From the NCBI GenBank assembly GCA_963806225.1, contig CAWDXG010000004.1:4960001-5024000 (forward strand): a DNA stretch of 64,000 nt, in the 5' to 3' direction. The translations under genes and the position numbers were made by a program. This document shows positions 51,145-61,746 of the stretch, in pieces. Under the pieces are notes generated by a model. That model saw only the letters and a list, made by a program, of their open reading frames with translations, was not told where the DNA came from and did no database searches. This DNA comes from an uncultured delta proteobacterium (lineage in GTDB: Bacteria > Myxococcota_A > Polyangia > Polyangiales > Polyangiaceae). How positions within the stretch are numbered: position 1 is the stretch's first letter; every line of letters starts with the position of its first letter.

Positions 51145-51168
51145 GCTCAGCTCAGCTCAGCTCAGCTC
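51145..51168. repeat. Pentanucleotide microsatellite (GCTCA)4 plus GCTC, overlapping a stop codon
   Basis: Read directly from the sequence. Confidence 0.8.
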
Positions 51169-52175
51169 GGCCCGGGCACGATCACGCGCAGCGCCTGCCG
51201 CAGCACGTCGACTTCCACCCGCGAGGTGGCGACGAATTCCTCGCCGTCGATCTGGGCGGCCAGCGGCGCGTGTCCGTCCGGCACCGCGAAATCGATGACG
51301 ATGCGCCCGCCGCGGAACGGTTTCGAGTGCTCGATGCCGACGGCGTTCAGGCGCTCCTCCGTCAGCGGGTTGCCGTCCAGATCCACGATGGCCTTGCTGG
51401 CCCAGTCCCGCTTGCCGCAAAAGGGCACGATCTCGAACAAGCCGTCGTCGTGGCGCGACGTGCGATCGAAGACCCACGCGCCGCCGTAGAAGCGCGTGCC
51501 GCTGATGACCAGATCCGTGAGACCGGCCAGCTCGTGGCGCACCCCGTCGGCGTCCACGATCGCGTTGAACTTATCGCTGGTGGCGTACGACGCGAGGAAC
51601 ACGCGCAAGAGCGCACCCGCGTACACCAGCTGGTCCCGGTACAGCTCCTTGAGCGGCCCGAATCCGGCGATCTTCTCCCGGTCGAGGTTCCGCGCGGCGA
51701 GCACGCGGGCCGAGAGGCCCCAGCCTGCCGAGTCGAAGAACAGCTCGCTCCGCTCCCCCGCCTTGATACGGCCGGCGTCGAGGCGCGTCTCGTGGCCGCC
51801 GAGCACCACCCGGACGTTGCCGGCGAGCTCCTCGTCGCCGGCGTGAAGGCCGAAGCTCTGCCCTTGGTCGTTCGCCGTTCCCGTCGGCAGCATCCCGAGC
51901 GCGACCTCGTCGGCGCGCGCGGAGCCGAGCAGGCCGGCGGCGACCTCGCGGAACGTGCCGTCGCCGCCCATGTAGATCACGCAGGTGTAGGGCGTGGCGT
52001 CGAGCGCGGCGGTCACCGCGGCGACGGTGCGCCCCTCGGGCTCGGTCGCCAGGAAATCGCAGGCCACGCCGGCGTCGGTCAACAGGCGTCGCGCCTCGTC
52101 GATGCGCGCGGCATTCTTGCCGCTCTGGGCGGTCGGATTGCCGACCAGGAGGTGCGTCGCCGCCACGTGCCGCAT
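51162..52175 (-). CDS. Diacylglycerol/lipid kinase family (YegS/DgkB-like)
   Basis: GNPTAQSG, GGDGT, PTGTAND, DDGLFE and QIDGE motifs. Confidence 0.9.
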   Translation of the reverse strand: MRHVAATHLLVGNPTAQSGKNAARIDEARRLLTDAGVACDFLATEPEGRTVAAVTAALDATPYTCVIYMGGDGTFREVAAGLLGSARADEVALGMLPTGTANDQGQSFGLHAGDEELAGNVRVVLGGHETRLDAGRIKAGERSELFFDSAGWGLSARVLAARNLDREKIAGFGPLKELYRDQLVYAGALLRVFLASYATSDKFNAIVDADGVRHELAGLTDLVISGTRFYGGAWVFDRTSRHDDGLFEIVPFCGKRDWASKAIVDLDGNPLTEERLNAVGIEHSKPFRGGRIVIDFAVPDGHAPLAAQIDGEEFVATSRVEVDVLRQALRVIVPGPS

Positions 52176-52263
52176 CCTACCACGCGCACGCGCACGGGCT
52201 TGTCCAGGATCGACCCGCACAGCTCGGCGATCTCCTTCACTTCGAGCGCGTCGTGTCCGCCCT

Positions 52264-52743
52264 CTAGAGCACGCTCTCGAGATCCTTGGCGATGCTCTCG
52301 GGCGTGTCTTTCGACGCGTAGCGCTTGAGCACCTTGCCCGACTTGTCCACCAGGAACTTGGTGAAGTTCCACTTGATCGACTCGGAGCCGAGGACACCTT
52401 TGCTCTCGCTCTTCAGGTACCCGTAGAGTGGGTGGGTGTTCTTCCCGTTGACCTCGACCTTGGCGAACATCGGGAAGCTCACGTCGTAGGTGAGGGAGCA
52501 GAAGCTCTTGATCTCCTCTTCGTCGCCCGGTTCCTGGTGACCGAACTGGTCGCACGGAAAGCCGAGCACGACCAGGCCGCGATCGGCGTACTTGCGGTAG
52601 ATCGCCTCGAGGCCCTTGTACTGCGGCGTAAAGCCGCACTTCGACGCGACGTTGACGACGAGCAGGGTCTTGCCCTCGTACTCGGCGAGCTTCTGCTCCT
52701 GGCCTTCGATTGTGCGAACCGTGAAGTCATAGACGCTGGACAT
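52264..52743 (-). CDS. Glutathione peroxidase family (Cys type)
   Basis: VNVASKCGFTPQY, GFPCDQFG.QEPG and WNFTKFL motifs. Confidence 0.95.
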   Translation of the reverse strand: MSSVYDFTVRTIEGQEQKLAEYEGKTLLVVNVASKCGFTPQYKGLEAIYRKYADRGLVVLGFPCDQFGHQEPGDEEEIKSFCSLTYDVSFPMFAKVEVNGKNTHPLYGYLKSESKGVLGSESIKWNFTKFLVDKSGKVLKRYASKDTPESIAKDLESVL

Positions 52744-52846
52744 GCGCGATCCCTGGCGCAGTGCCGGGCCGCTGGCAAGGGGTCGGAAGCGCCCAGGCAA
52801 ATCGACCACGGGATCCGCGCGCCGTCGTGGAGTACCATCCCGCGCG

Positions 52847-54640
52847 ATGGCCAATCCGCTGCTTTCCGATCGCGACGTCGAGTTCCTGCTGTTCGAGCTG
52901 TTCGACGCCGAGGCCCTGTGCGGGCTCCCCCACTTCGCGGACCACTCGCGCGAGACGTTCGAGCTGTACCTCGCCTCGGCGAAGAAGCTCGCCCGCGAGG
53001 TGCTCTTCCCGGCGTACCGGCCGTTCGACGAGGCGCCGCCGGTGCTGGAGCAGGGCCGCGTGAAGGTGCACCCGCTGCTCTCCGAGGTCCTGCCGCGGAT
53101 GATCGAGCTCGGGATTATCGCGGCGACCCGACCGGTGGAAGTAGGCGGGCAGCAGCTGCCGGTGCTGGTGGCGTGCATGGCGAATGCGTACCTGATGGCG
53201 GCCAATGCCGGCGCGTACGGCTTCATCGGTTTGACGAGCGGCGCCGGCCGCCTGATCGAGTCGTTCGGCAGCGAGGCGCTGAAGCGCGAGTACATGGATC
53301 CGATGTACGAAGGTCGCTGGACCGGCACGATGGCGCTCACCGAGCCGCAGGCGGGCAGCAGCCTGTCGGACGTGCAGACGCACGCCACCCCCACCGACGA
53401 CGGCTACTACTTGATCCGCGGTTCGAAGATCTTCATCTCCGGCGGCGACCAGGACGTGACGGAGAACATCGTGCATCTGCTCCTGGCGCGCATCGACGGC
53501 GCGCCGCCCGGTATCAAGGGCGTGAGCCTGTTTGCGGTGCCCAGGCTGCGCCGCGAGGGCGAGGAGCTCGTTCCGAACGACGTGGCCGTAACCGGCGTGA
53601 TCCACAAGATCGGCTGGCGCGGTCTGCCGAGCCTCGCCCTCGACTACGGCGAGAACGGCGACTGCCGCGGCTGGCTCGTGGGCGAGCCGCACCAGGGCAT
53701 CCGCTACATGTTCCAGATGATGAACGAGGCGCGGCTGATGGTCGGCGTGAACGGTGCGGCCACCTCGTCGGCGGCCTACCACGAGGCGCTGGCGTACGCG
53801 GCGGACCGCCCCCAGGGCCGGCGGCTCGGCGAAAAGGATCCCACGCAGCCGCAGGTGCCGATCATCGAGCACGCCGACGTGCGGCGCATGCTGCTCCGGC
53901 AGAAGGCGATCGTCGAGGGCGGGCTGTCGCTGCTCGCAGAGTGCGCGCGCCTGTCCGATCTTTCCGAGCACACGACGGACGACGCCGAGCGCAAGCGCGC
54001 GGGGCTCCTGCTCGATCTGCTCACGCCGATCGCCAAGACTTTTCCCGCGGAGCGCGGCTTCGAAGCCAACGCGCTGGCCGTGCAGATCCACGGCGGCTAC
54101 GGCTACTCGAGCGAGTACCTGCCCGAGTCGTGGCTCCGCGACCAGAAGCTCAACAGCATCCACGAGGGCACGACGGGCATCCAGAGCCTGGACCTGCTCG
54201 GCCGCAAGGTGATGGGCCACGGCGGACAGTCACTGTTCGCCCTGCGCGACGAGCTCGTCGCCACCGTCGCCGACGCGCGGGCCGCCGGCGTGGACGACGA
54301 GTGGTGCGGGCGGCTGGAGGGCGCGCTCGCGGCGCTCGGCAGCGTGACGGAGCACCTCGGCGGGCTCGGCATGCAGGGCGACGTCGCCGGCATGCTGCTG
54401 CACAGCGCCGACTACATGGACCTTTTCTCGACGGTCGTGATCGGCTGGCAGTGGCTGAAGCAGGCCGCGGTAGCGAAGCCCGGCCTGGACGCCGGTCGTG
54501 CAACCCCTGCCTTCTACGAAGGCAAGCTGTGCGCCGCGCAGTACTGGATCAATACCGAGTTGCCCCGCGCCGGCTACCTCGCCGCCCTGTGCCGCAGCGG
54601 CGAGGACTCGTACGCGCGCATCAAGCCCGAGTGGTTCTGA
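52847..54640 (+). CDS. Acyl-CoA dehydrogenase
   Basis: [31 protein letters not shown] and IHEGTTGIQ motifs. Confidence 0.93.
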   Translation: MANPLLSDRDVEFLLFELFDAEALCGLPHFADHSRETFELYLASAKKLAREVLFPAYRPFDEAPPVLEQGRVKVHPLLSEVLPRMIELGIIAATRPVEVGGQQLPVLVACMANAYLMAANAGAYGFIGLTSGAGRLIESFGSEALKREYMDPMYEGRWTGTMALTEPQAGSSLSDVQTHATPTDDGYYLIRGSKIFISGGDQDVTENIVHLLLARIDGAPPGIKGVSLFAVPRLRREGEELVPNDVAVTGVIHKIGWRGLPSLALDYGENGDCRGWLVGEPHQGIRYMFQMMNEARLMVGVNGAATSSAAYHEALAYAADRPQGRRLGEKDPTQPQVPIIEHADVRRMLLRQKAIVEGGLSLLAECARLSDLSEHTTDDAERKRAGLLLDLLTPIAKTFPAERGFEANALAVQIHGGYGYSSEYLPESWLRDQKLNSIHEGTTGIQSLDLLGRKVMGHGGQSLFALRDELVATVADARAAGVDDEWCGRLEGALAALGSVTEHLGGLGMQGDVAGMLLHSADYMDLFSTVVIGWQWLKQAAVAKPGLDAGRATPAFYEGKLCAAQYWINTELPRAGYLAALCRSGEDSYARIKPEWF

Positions 54641-54643
54641 GCG

Positions 54644-55573
54644 TCAGCGGCAGTCGCACGTGGCGTGCCAACTGCCGGCGGGGCGCGCGCACACGAGCTT
54701 TATCTTTCCGGGGGGTCCGCCCTTGCATAGGTCATCTGGGCAGTCGCCGACGCGATCGCACATCACGGCGCTCGTGCCGTAGTCGGCAACCTGGCACGTG
54801 GTGCTCCCCAAAGCATAGTTGCAGCGTTCGCCGGGCAGGCAGTCGGCTTGACCCAGGCAGGTGACCCGGAACAGCGGGCGGCCTTCCTTGCACCACGTCG
54901 CCATCCGCGGATCGGAATCGGCGACGCATTCGGGGCTCTTCGAGGGGCCGAGCGCCAGGCACGCATGAGTCTGGAGATTGCAGGGAGCGCCGCCGCACCG
55001 GATCTCCGCGCGGCGCCTGCACGTGCCCTTCACGCAAACGCTGTTCGGCGTGCGGCAGGGAAGATCGGCGGTGCACACCTCGCCGAAGTCGCACGTCGCT
55101 CCTCTTCCGGCGGACGGCTTGCAGACCAGCGCGCTGCCGCCGCTGAAGAGCCACTGGCTGCAGCACAGCTGCCCCGCCGGGCACTGCGCCGAGCTTCGAC
55201 AGCGCGCGATCTCGTCGACCTGGATCCCGTGCGGCGCCGCCTGGCAGAGGCTGATCTGCGAGCCCAGCGGTTGGATCGCATCCGACGGCTTCGGAAGCGC
55301 GTCGGGAGCGCAGACGGACACGTCGCCCGCGCTGCAGCAGGACTCCGAGCCGACGCGGCAGCGGTGCTTGCCGCACTCGAACGAGCTCTTCGGGTCGAGC
55401 GTCCCGGTCTGCGCCGCGGGCGGCTTCGCCGGTTCCGGTCGCGAGCTTGTCGCCGGCGCCGGCGCCACCATTACGGGACGCGGAGACGCGACGCCGGCAT
55501 TGGGTTGGACGTGACCGCTGGCGCAGCTGCTCGCCGTGGGCATCAGTCCCAGCGCGCCGGTCCGCGACCGCAT
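54644..55573 (-). CDS. Cys-rich exported protein
   Basis: Many Cys-rich modules after a Pro-rich linker; signal peptide atypical. Confidence 0.65.
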   Translation of the reverse strand: MRSRTGALGLMPTASSCASGHVQPNAGVASPRPVMVAPAPATSSRPEPAKPPAAQTGTLDPKSSFECGKHRCRVGSESCCSAGDVSVCAPDALPKPSDAIQPLGSQISLCQAAPHGIQVDEIARCRSSAQCPAGQLCCSQWLFSGGSALVCKPSAGRGATCDFGEVCTADLPCRTPNSVCVKGTCRRRAEIRCGGAPCNLQTHACLALGPSKSPECVADSDPRMATWCKEGRPLFRVTCLGQADCLPGERCNYALGSTTCQVADYGTSAVMCDRVGDCPDDLCKGGPPGKIKLVCARPAGSWHATCDCR

Positions 55574-55745
55574 GGCGGCGATTCTAGCCCGCTCTACAGA
55601 AGCTGCCGCGCGGCCCGGTCCCCGTACCGAACACGCCCCGTTTCAACGGGTTCCAGGCGTCGTACGTGGATCAACGCGCGAGCGGGGCAGCATGGAGCTC
55701 GACCTCGGGGTCGGTGTGACGGCGTGCGGGCGTGCGACCCTGCCT

Positions 55746-56084
55746 CTACAGATCCAGAACGAGCCGCAACTTGCGGTCGAGCTCCGCGAGGGTGCGCGGA
55801 CGGAGGCGTCCGACGCGGCCGGGTGCCAGGCGGTCCGCTATGACGGCGCGGAGCTCGCTCGTCAGTGCGTAGTGCTCGCTGCCGCTGCCGCATTCGGCCG
55901 CGGCTATGCGCACGGACAAAGAGCTCTTGCGGAAAGCGGCGTCGTCGGCCAACGGCACGACGACGAGCGTGGGCAGCGCAGCACAGAGTGGCGTGGCCTG
56001 GACCACCACAACGCGCTCGCCGGTCTTTTCGCTGCCGAAGCCGAGCCGGCGCTTGAGCTCGAGCACGTCACCGCGCTCGGCCAT
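55746..56084 (-). CDS. mazF: PemK/MazF-family toxin
   Basis: RGDV, R.VVVQ, LVVVPL, LRAV...RL..GRL and LDRKLRLVLDL motifs. Confidence 0.82.
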   Translation of the reverse strand: MAERGDVLELKRRLGFGSEKTGERVVVVQATPLCAALPTLVVVPLADDAAFRKSSLSVRIAAAECGSGSEHYALTSELRAVIADRLAPGRVGRLRPRTLAELDRKLRLVLDL

Positions 56085-56310
56085 CGAGTTCCTCCAGCGC
56101 TTCCGCCACGAACAAGAGGCGCTCGCGGAGCTCCGCGGTCGTTTCGTCGGCCACCCGGCGATAGAATTCGGCCCGCTCCGCTCGCTCGAGCGCTTCGAGC
56201 AACAGCTCGCGGGCAAGCTCGGACTCGGTCTTGTCCAGCTTCTTCGCGATCGCCTTGAGGCGGCGTCGTGCCTCGACCGGCACATTCAGATTGATGCGCT
56301 CGAGTGCCAT
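56068..56310 (-). CDS. Antitoxin, ribbon-helix-helix-like
   Basis: 80 aa, ERINLNVP..RRRLKAIAKK..ESELARELL; overlaps the toxin start. Confidence 0.78.
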   Translation of the reverse strand: MALERINLNVPVEARRRLKAIAKKLDKTESELARELLLEALERAERAEFYRRVADETTAELRERLLFVAEALEELDGRAR

Positions 56311-56320
56311 CCTCGCTAGG

Positions 56321-56371
56321 GATGAATATATGCATCGAATCGAGGATGTCAATCAGGATGGAAAAGCATCC
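56321..56371. promoter_or_regulatory. Putative TA operator palindromes
   Basis: GATGAATATATGCATC (7 of 8 pairs) and GGATG-N6-CATCC in an AT-rich patch upstream of the antitoxin. Confidence 0.55.
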
Positions 56372-56758
56372 CGAGCCATCCCGCGCGGAGCGCTTCTCGG
56401 GACGGGAGGCGACGATGGCGAGCGCATCGAAGACGGCGTGCGCCGTGTCGTGCAGCGCCACGGCGGCAGGGGGGAACGGATCGAGCTTTCCAGGCCCTGG
56501 CGCTATTTCCCCCACGTCGAAAGCGCCGACCTGCGCGCCGGATTCCAGGAGCGACTCGAGGCCGAGTCGCCGGCAGGCTCGATGTCCGGTGAGCGGCGGC
56601 TAGGCCCGCCCCAGCCAGTCGAGTGCGCGCTCGACGATCAGCTGCTGCGATGCCAGCAGATCGTGGTGCTCCGCGGCGCGGCTAGGCATGGTCCGGCTCT
56701 AGAGAGCCAGCAAGCTGCGGGGAGCTGCCGCCTCGACGTGGTGCGGCAGCTCTCCGCC

Positions 56759-59560
56759 CTACTCGAGCTCGCCGACCAGCGCCCGCGCTTCTTCGAGCTG
56801 CGCCTTCTGCCGCTCCAGCGCCGCGAGCTGTTCGCGCGCTTCGGCGACGACCTCGGGCGGTGCCTTCTCGACGAACTTCGGGTTCGAGAGGCGCTTGCCG
56901 AGCACGTCGATGTCCTTCTGGGTCTTCTTCAAACTGCGCTCGATGCGCTGCTCTTCGGTCTTGGCCTCGACCAGGCCGCGCAGGCCGACGAGCACTTCGA
57001 CCTCGCCCGCGACGCTGAGCACGCTGCCCTTCGGCCGCTCGCCCGTGGCGTCTTCCACGCCGGGGGCGCCATCGGTCCGCACCAGGAACTCGATCAGCCC
57101 TGCCTGCTCGGTGAGCAGCATACGCAGCGCGGCGTCGTGGCTGCGCAGCGTGAGCGGCACGCGCGCGGCGGGAGATATCTCGTGCTCGCTGCGCACCGAG
57201 CGCGCCGCGGAGATCGCGCGCATCAGCGCGTCCATCTGCCGCTCGGCGTCGGCATCCGCACGCCCATCCGCCGCGACGGGGTAGGGCGAAAGCGCGATCG
57301 ACGCGGGGCGCGACGCGGGCCGCGGCACCTTCTGCCACAGCTCCTCGGTGATGAAGGGCATGAACGGGTGCAGCGCGCGGAGGGCCGTCTCGATCACGTG
57401 CGCCAGCGTCTGCCGCGTCTCGGCCTTCTCTTCCTCGCTGCCGCCGGTGAACACGGGCTTGCTGGCCTCGAGGAACCAGTCGCACAGCTCGTCCCAGAAG
57501 AAGTGGTAGAGCGCACTCGACGCGCCGTCGAGGCGGAACTCGTCGATGCTCTTCGTGCTCTCTTCCACCACCGTGGCGAGCCGCGAAAGGATCCAGCGGT
57601 TCGCAAGCAGCTTCGGCTCCGCCGGCGGCTTGCCGTCGAGCACCGCGCCCTCGATGTGTCCGAGCGAGTAGCGAACGGCGTTGTAGATCTTGTTGCAGAA
57701 GTTGCGATAGCCCTCGATGCGCTTGGGGCTGAGGGCAATGCGGTGCGCCTGCGGCGAGTAGCTGCAGAGCGTGAAGCGCAGCGCGTCGCCGCCGTAGGCA
57801 GGGAAGCCCTTGCCGATCTGCGCTGCGGACGGATACGCCTTCTTGAACTTGCCGAGCGCTTCCTTCACCGGCGCGCCGGGCAGCGACTTCTGCACCATCT
57901 TCTCGAAGTCGGCGCCGTGGATGAGGTCGAGCGGGTCGAGCGTGTTGCCCTTGACCTTGCTCATCTTGGCGCCCGTCTCGTCGACCACCATTCCGTGCAG
58001 CAGCACGCGGCGGAACGGCACGTCGCCCATGAAGTGCAGGCCCATCATCATCATGCGCGCGACCCAGAAGAACAGGATGTCGTAGCCCGTCTCCATGTCG
58101 CTGGCGGGATAGAAGCGCTCGAGCGCGGGCGTCTTGTCGGGCCACCCCAGCGTGGAGAAGGGCCAGAGCGCGCTCGAGAACCAGGTGTCGAGCACGTCCG
58201 GATCCTGTTCGAGCTTGTCGCTGCCGCACTCGGCACACTTGGCGGGCCGGTCCTCGCGCGTGACGGTGATGTGTCCCTGGTCGCAGAAGAACGCCGGGAT
58301 CTGGTGGCCCCACCAGAGCTGCCGCGAGATGCACCAGTCCTGGATGTTGGTCAGCCAGTGCTCGTAGGTCTTGACCCACTCTTCCGGGATGATGCGCGTG
58401 CGCCCGTCACGCACCGCTTCAAGCGCAGGCTCCGCGAGCGGCGTGGTTTTCACGAACCACTGCGTGCTGATCATCGGCTCGACGATGGTGCCGGAGCGCT
58501 GGCAGCGCGGCAGCGTGAGCGCGTGCTTCTTCGAGCCGCGCTCGAGGCCGGCGTCGGCGAGCGCCTGCTTCACGGCCTTGCGCGCTTCCTTCACCGTCAT
58601 GCCCTTGAAGCGGCCCGCCTCGTCGTTGAGCGTGCCGTCGAGGTCGAGGATGCTGATCTCCTCGAGCTGGTGGCGCTTGCCGGTCGCAAAATCGTTGAAG
58701 TCGTGCGCCGGCGTGACCTTCACGGCGCCGGTGCCGAACTCCATGTCGACCAGGATCGCGTCGGTGATGATCGGGATCTCGCGGTCGACGAAGGGGTGCT
58801 TGAGCTTCTTCCCGTGCAGGTGCTCGTATCGGGGATCGTCCGGGTGCACGGCCACGGCCGTGTCGCCCAGCATCGTCTCGGGGCGCGTGGTCGCGACCAC
58901 GAGCTCCGTCGCGCCCTCGGAGGCATCGGCGCCGGCGACCGGGTAGGCGAACTCGTACATCTCGCCGTCGGCTTCCTCGTTGTCGACTTCGAGATCGCTG
59001 AGGGCCGTGCGGCAGTCGTTGCACCAGTTGATGAGCCGCGTGTCGCGGTAGATGAGCCCTTCCTCGTACAGGCGCACGAAGGACTCGCGCACGGCGACCG
59101 CCATATCGGGGTCCATCGTGAACTTGATGCGGTCCCAGTCGCACGAGCAGCCGAGCACGTGCATCTGCTCCAGGATGCGGCCGCCGCTCTCCTCCCGCCA
59201 CTTCCACACGCGCTCGACGAATTTCTCGCGGCCGAGGTCGTGGCGGGTCTTGTTCTCGCGGCGGAGCTGGCGCTCGACGACCGTCTGCGTGGCGATGCCC
59301 GCGTGATCGAGCCCGGGCTGCCACAGGGCGTTGTAGCCCTGCATGCGCTTGTGGCGGACCAGCACGTCCTGCAGCGTGCCCATGAGTGCGTGGCCCATGT
59401 GCAGCGAGCCCGTGACGTTCGGCAGCGGCAGCGGCACGACGTACACCGGTCGGTTGTCGTCGGGATCCGTGCTCGCGTGGAACACCTTCTGCTCGAGCCA
59501 GAACTTGTACCAGCGGGGCTCGACTTCGGTGGGCTCGTAGGCCTTCGGCAGCTCGTCCAT
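56759..59560 (-). CDS. valS: Valine--tRNA ligase
   Basis: PNVTGSLHMGH, DWCISRQLWWGH and KMSK motifs; C-terminal coiled-coil arm. Confidence 0.98.
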   Translation of the reverse strand: MDELPKAYEPTEVEPRWYKFWLEQKVFHASTDPDDNRPVYVVPLPLPNVTGSLHMGHALMGTLQDVLVRHKRMQGYNALWQPGLDHAGIATQTVVERQLRRENKTRHDLGREKFVERVWKWREESGGRILEQMHVLGCSCDWDRIKFTMDPDMAVAVRESFVRLYEEGLIYRDTRLINWCNDCRTALSDLEVDNEEADGEMYEFAYPVAGADASEGATELVVATTRPETMLGDTAVAVHPDDPRYEHLHGKKLKHPFVDREIPIITDAILVDMEFGTGAVKVTPAHDFNDFATGKRHQLEEISILDLDGTLNDEAGRFKGMTVKEARKAVKQALADAGLERGSKKHALTLPRCQRSGTIVEPMISTQWFVKTTPLAEPALEAVRDGRTRIIPEEWVKTYEHWLTNIQDWCISRQLWWGHQIPAFFCDQGHITVTREDRPAKCAECGSDKLEQDPDVLDTWFSSALWPFSTLGWPDKTPALERFYPASDMETGYDILFFWVARMMMMGLHFMGDVPFRRVLLHGMVVDETGAKMSKVKGNTLDPLDLIHGADFEKMVQKSLPGAPVKEALGKFKKAYPSAAQIGKGFPAYGGDALRFTLCSYSPQAHRIALSPKRIEGYRNFCNKIYNAVRYSLGHIEGAVLDGKPPAEPKLLANRWILSRLATVVEESTKSIDEFRLDGASSALYHFFWDELCDWFLEASKPVFTGGSEEEKAETRQTLAHVIETALRALHPFMPFITEELWQKVPRPASRPASIALSPYPVAADGRADADAERQMDALMRAISAARSVRSEHEISPAARVPLTLRSHDAALRMLLTEQAGLIEFLVRTDGAPGVEDATGERPKGSVLSVAGEVEVLVGLRGLVEAKTEEQRIERSLKKTQKDIDVLGKRLSNPKFVEKAPPEVVAEAREQLAALERQKAQLEEARALVGELE

Positions 59561-59679
59561 CGGGGCGGAAACCTAGATCACTGCGCCCAATGAAGCGAGG
59601 TCCGCTGCGGGGTGGGGGTGGGCGGGCGGGAAACAAACCCATCCCACGCCGGCGAGCTACGTTTGCCGGTACAGCAGCC

Positions 59680-60570
59680 CTACTCGTTGGTCAGACGCCG
59701 GATCTCTTCCTTGATCAGCGTCTCGGCGAGCACGGGAACGACTTCCCAGACCACCTGCTCGACCACTTCGCGCGAGAGCGCGAGCACGGCCTGCACCTGA
59801 TCGGAGTCGAGGCCGAGGCCCTCGAGCTTTTCTGCGAACTGGCCGCTGCCGTTGGTGGCGGCGGCGGCGGCTGCGGGCGCTGCGACGGCTGCAGGCTTGG
59901 CCGGCACGGGGACGCCGGTGACCGGAGTCGGCGCGATGGGCGCCGTCTGCCGGACGGGTGCGGGAGCCGGCTGCGCCTGGGGCGGAGCGGGCGTGCCAGT
60001 GGCCGTTTGCGCGCGCGGTGGCGCGGCGGCGGCGGCGGGAGCCGGCGCTGCCCCGGGCGGCGGAGCCCCGTATGAGAGTGTGGGCGAGCGGGGGCGGAGC
60101 CCAGGCGGCGCACCAGGTGCCGCCGCGACCGGCGCAGGGGCAGGCGAAGGCGCCGGAGCGGCTGCGGGCGGAGCCGCGGCTGCTGCGGGCTGCGCGCCGG
60201 CCTCACCCGCCTTCCGGGCCAGCGCGCCGACCTTGTCGATCAGCTGCTGGGTGTCGAACGGCTTGTCCATGAAGTCGTCCGCACCCACCGCCGAGCCGCG
60301 GGAGCGGTCGTACGGCTGCTGCTTGCTCGACAGGATGAGTACCTGCGCGCCGGGGGCGTTCTGCTTGACCTGCTGGCACAGGTCGTAGCCGTTTTCGGAG
60401 CCGAGCTGCGCGTCGATCAGCACGACCGCGGGCCCCTCCGCGCCGAGTTTTTGTAGAGCGTCGGCGGAGGATTCGGCCAGGACCGTACGATAATCCTCCC
60501 CCGCGAAGGTGATCTCCAGCACCTTGCGCATTGTCTTGCTGTCGTCGACGGCCAGCAGCGTCGTGGTCAC
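59680..60570 (-). CDS. romR: RomR-like polarity response regulator (receiver, Pro/Ala linker, Glu-rich C-terminus)
   Basis: LAVDDS receiver; C-terminal SREVVEQVVWEVVPVLAETLIKEEIRRL; directly upstream of valS; GGAGG RBS. Confidence 0.85.
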   Translation of the reverse strand: MTTTLLAVDDSKTMRKVLEITFAGEDYRTVLAESSADALQKLGAEGPAVVLIDAQLGSENGYDLCQQVKQNAPGAQVLILSSKQQPYDRSRGSAVGADDFMDKPFDTQQLIDKVGALARKAGEAGAQPAAAAAPPAAAPAPSPAPAPVAAAPGAPPGLRPRSPTLSYGAPPPGAAPAPAAAAAPPRAQTATGTPAPPQAQPAPAPVRQTAPIAPTPVTGVPVPAKPAAVAAPAAAAAATNGSGQFAEKLEGLGLDSDQVQAVLALSREVVEQVVWEVVPVLAETLIKEEIRRLTNE

Positions 60571-60897
60571 AGGTCCTCCGGGTCTCGGGATAGGCCGGTG
60601 CGAGATCATCCAGTTCCGCTACAAAAGTGTCAAGGAATTCGCGGTTCGCCGGGTCCGGCCCCGGCCGGCCGGACCCGGCGGAACTCGTTGCTTGGCGCCA
60701 GAATCCGGCCCCTACGGACGCTTTGCCGGGTCTGTGCGGCTGTCCACCGGGCTCGGCAGGCGTGCGCCCCAACATGCCCGCCGCCGGGTCAGGCCAGGGT
60801 GCGCGCGCGCTGGAGGGCTTGGCCTTGCGCTGCCCGGTCGCGCCGCCCCGGGCTGCCCGAGGTGCCTCTTTTCCGGCCTCGACGCCGGCTCTGCGCG

Positions 60898-61623
60898 TCA
60901 ATCCACGATGAACCACTTTACGCCGTGGGTGACTTCCAGGTGAAAGTGGTTGTGGTGGGGCTTGTTGTAGTCCGGCGTCAGGATGACGTTGAAGAGATGC
61001 TGGTCGGCGGCTTCGCAAACGATGGAGTGCAGCTCGCGCGATTCGGGCGTGGCGGGTTTCGGCTGGCTCGCATCGGGCCCGCAGGTCTTGTTGCCGATGC
61101 GACCGTGGAAGTCGTGGAGCACGACCAGCTCCTTGCCGGACTTCTTCTTGAACAGCCGCATGTCGACGGCCAGGCCGCCGGGGTGGCGCTTGGCGATCTT
61201 GCCCTTCGGCCAGTGCTTCGACGGCGGGCGCCAGCCCGAGAAAATGCGCACCTCGTCGATATCGTGCGCACGCAGGATGTGGCTGAAGTCGTCCATCGCC
61301 AGCACCAGCCGGCAGTCGAAGATCTCGTAGGGAACCGTGGGGCGTTTCTGCGCCGGGTAGTCCGTCCGGTACAGCACGCCGCCGAGCTTGCCCTTCAGCC
61401 GCACGGGGACCAGCACGCCGGGTGCGTGCTTGACGCGGCGGTAGGCGATGTGGCGGTGGCGGAGTTCCTTCAGGCAGCTGTGCGGCGTCATCCGCGCGTA
61501 GCGGCAGGCGGGCGTGCGACGGGCGCCGGGCAGGAAGCGGGCGAGGCTCTTGTCGGCCCGCGCGGAGGCGGGGGCGAGGAGCAGGGCCGTTGCCGCTGCG
61601 AGCCACAAGGATCGAGCGCGCAT
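60898..61623 (-). CDS. Exported extensin-like C-terminal domain protein (LAS/M15-like peptidase fold)
   Basis: Signal peptide; H..GLAVD and ILTPDYNKPHHNHFHLE motifs. Confidence 0.8.
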   Translation of the reverse strand: MRARSLWLAAATALLLAPASARADKSLARFLPGARRTPACRYARMTPHSCLKELRHRHIAYRRVKHAPGVLVPVRLKGKLGGVLYRTDYPAQKRPTVPYEIFDCRLVLAMDDFSHILRAHDIDEVRIFSGWRPPSKHWPKGKIAKRHPGGLAVDMRLFKKKSGKELVVLHDFHGRIGNKTCGPDASQPKPATPESRELHSIVCEAADQHLFNVILTPDYNKPHHNHFHLEVTHGVKWFIVD

Positions 61624-61710
61624 CGTCTCCCGGCTAGCGCACGCGGCGCCCGGAGGCAAAGTCCGCGGCTCTCGCGGGACGCGCCGAGCCCCTGGGTCGG
61701 CCGGGCGGAT

Positions 61711-61740
61711 TTGACGCGGTAGCCAGCCCGACCCCAGAAT
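61711..61740 (+). promoter_or_regulatory. Putative sigma70-type promoter for hrcA, possibly leaderless
   Basis: TTGACG-N18-CAGAAT ending 6 nt before GTG 61747; no SD sequence. Confidence 0.4.
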
Positions 61741-61746
61741 TAGCTA

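Noticed and set aside
51145..51168. (GCTCA)n as a phase-variation switch
   Set aside because: It lies at and beyond the stop codon, so length changes would not alter the reading frame.
52264..52743. Selenocysteine in the glutathione peroxidase
   Set aside because: The active-site codon is TGC (Cys), with no in-frame TGA.
56231..59593. 1120-aa ORF antisense to valS, and similar long antisense or Arg-rich ORFs
   Set aside because: Expected by-products of high GC3 codon usage; no recognisable motifs.
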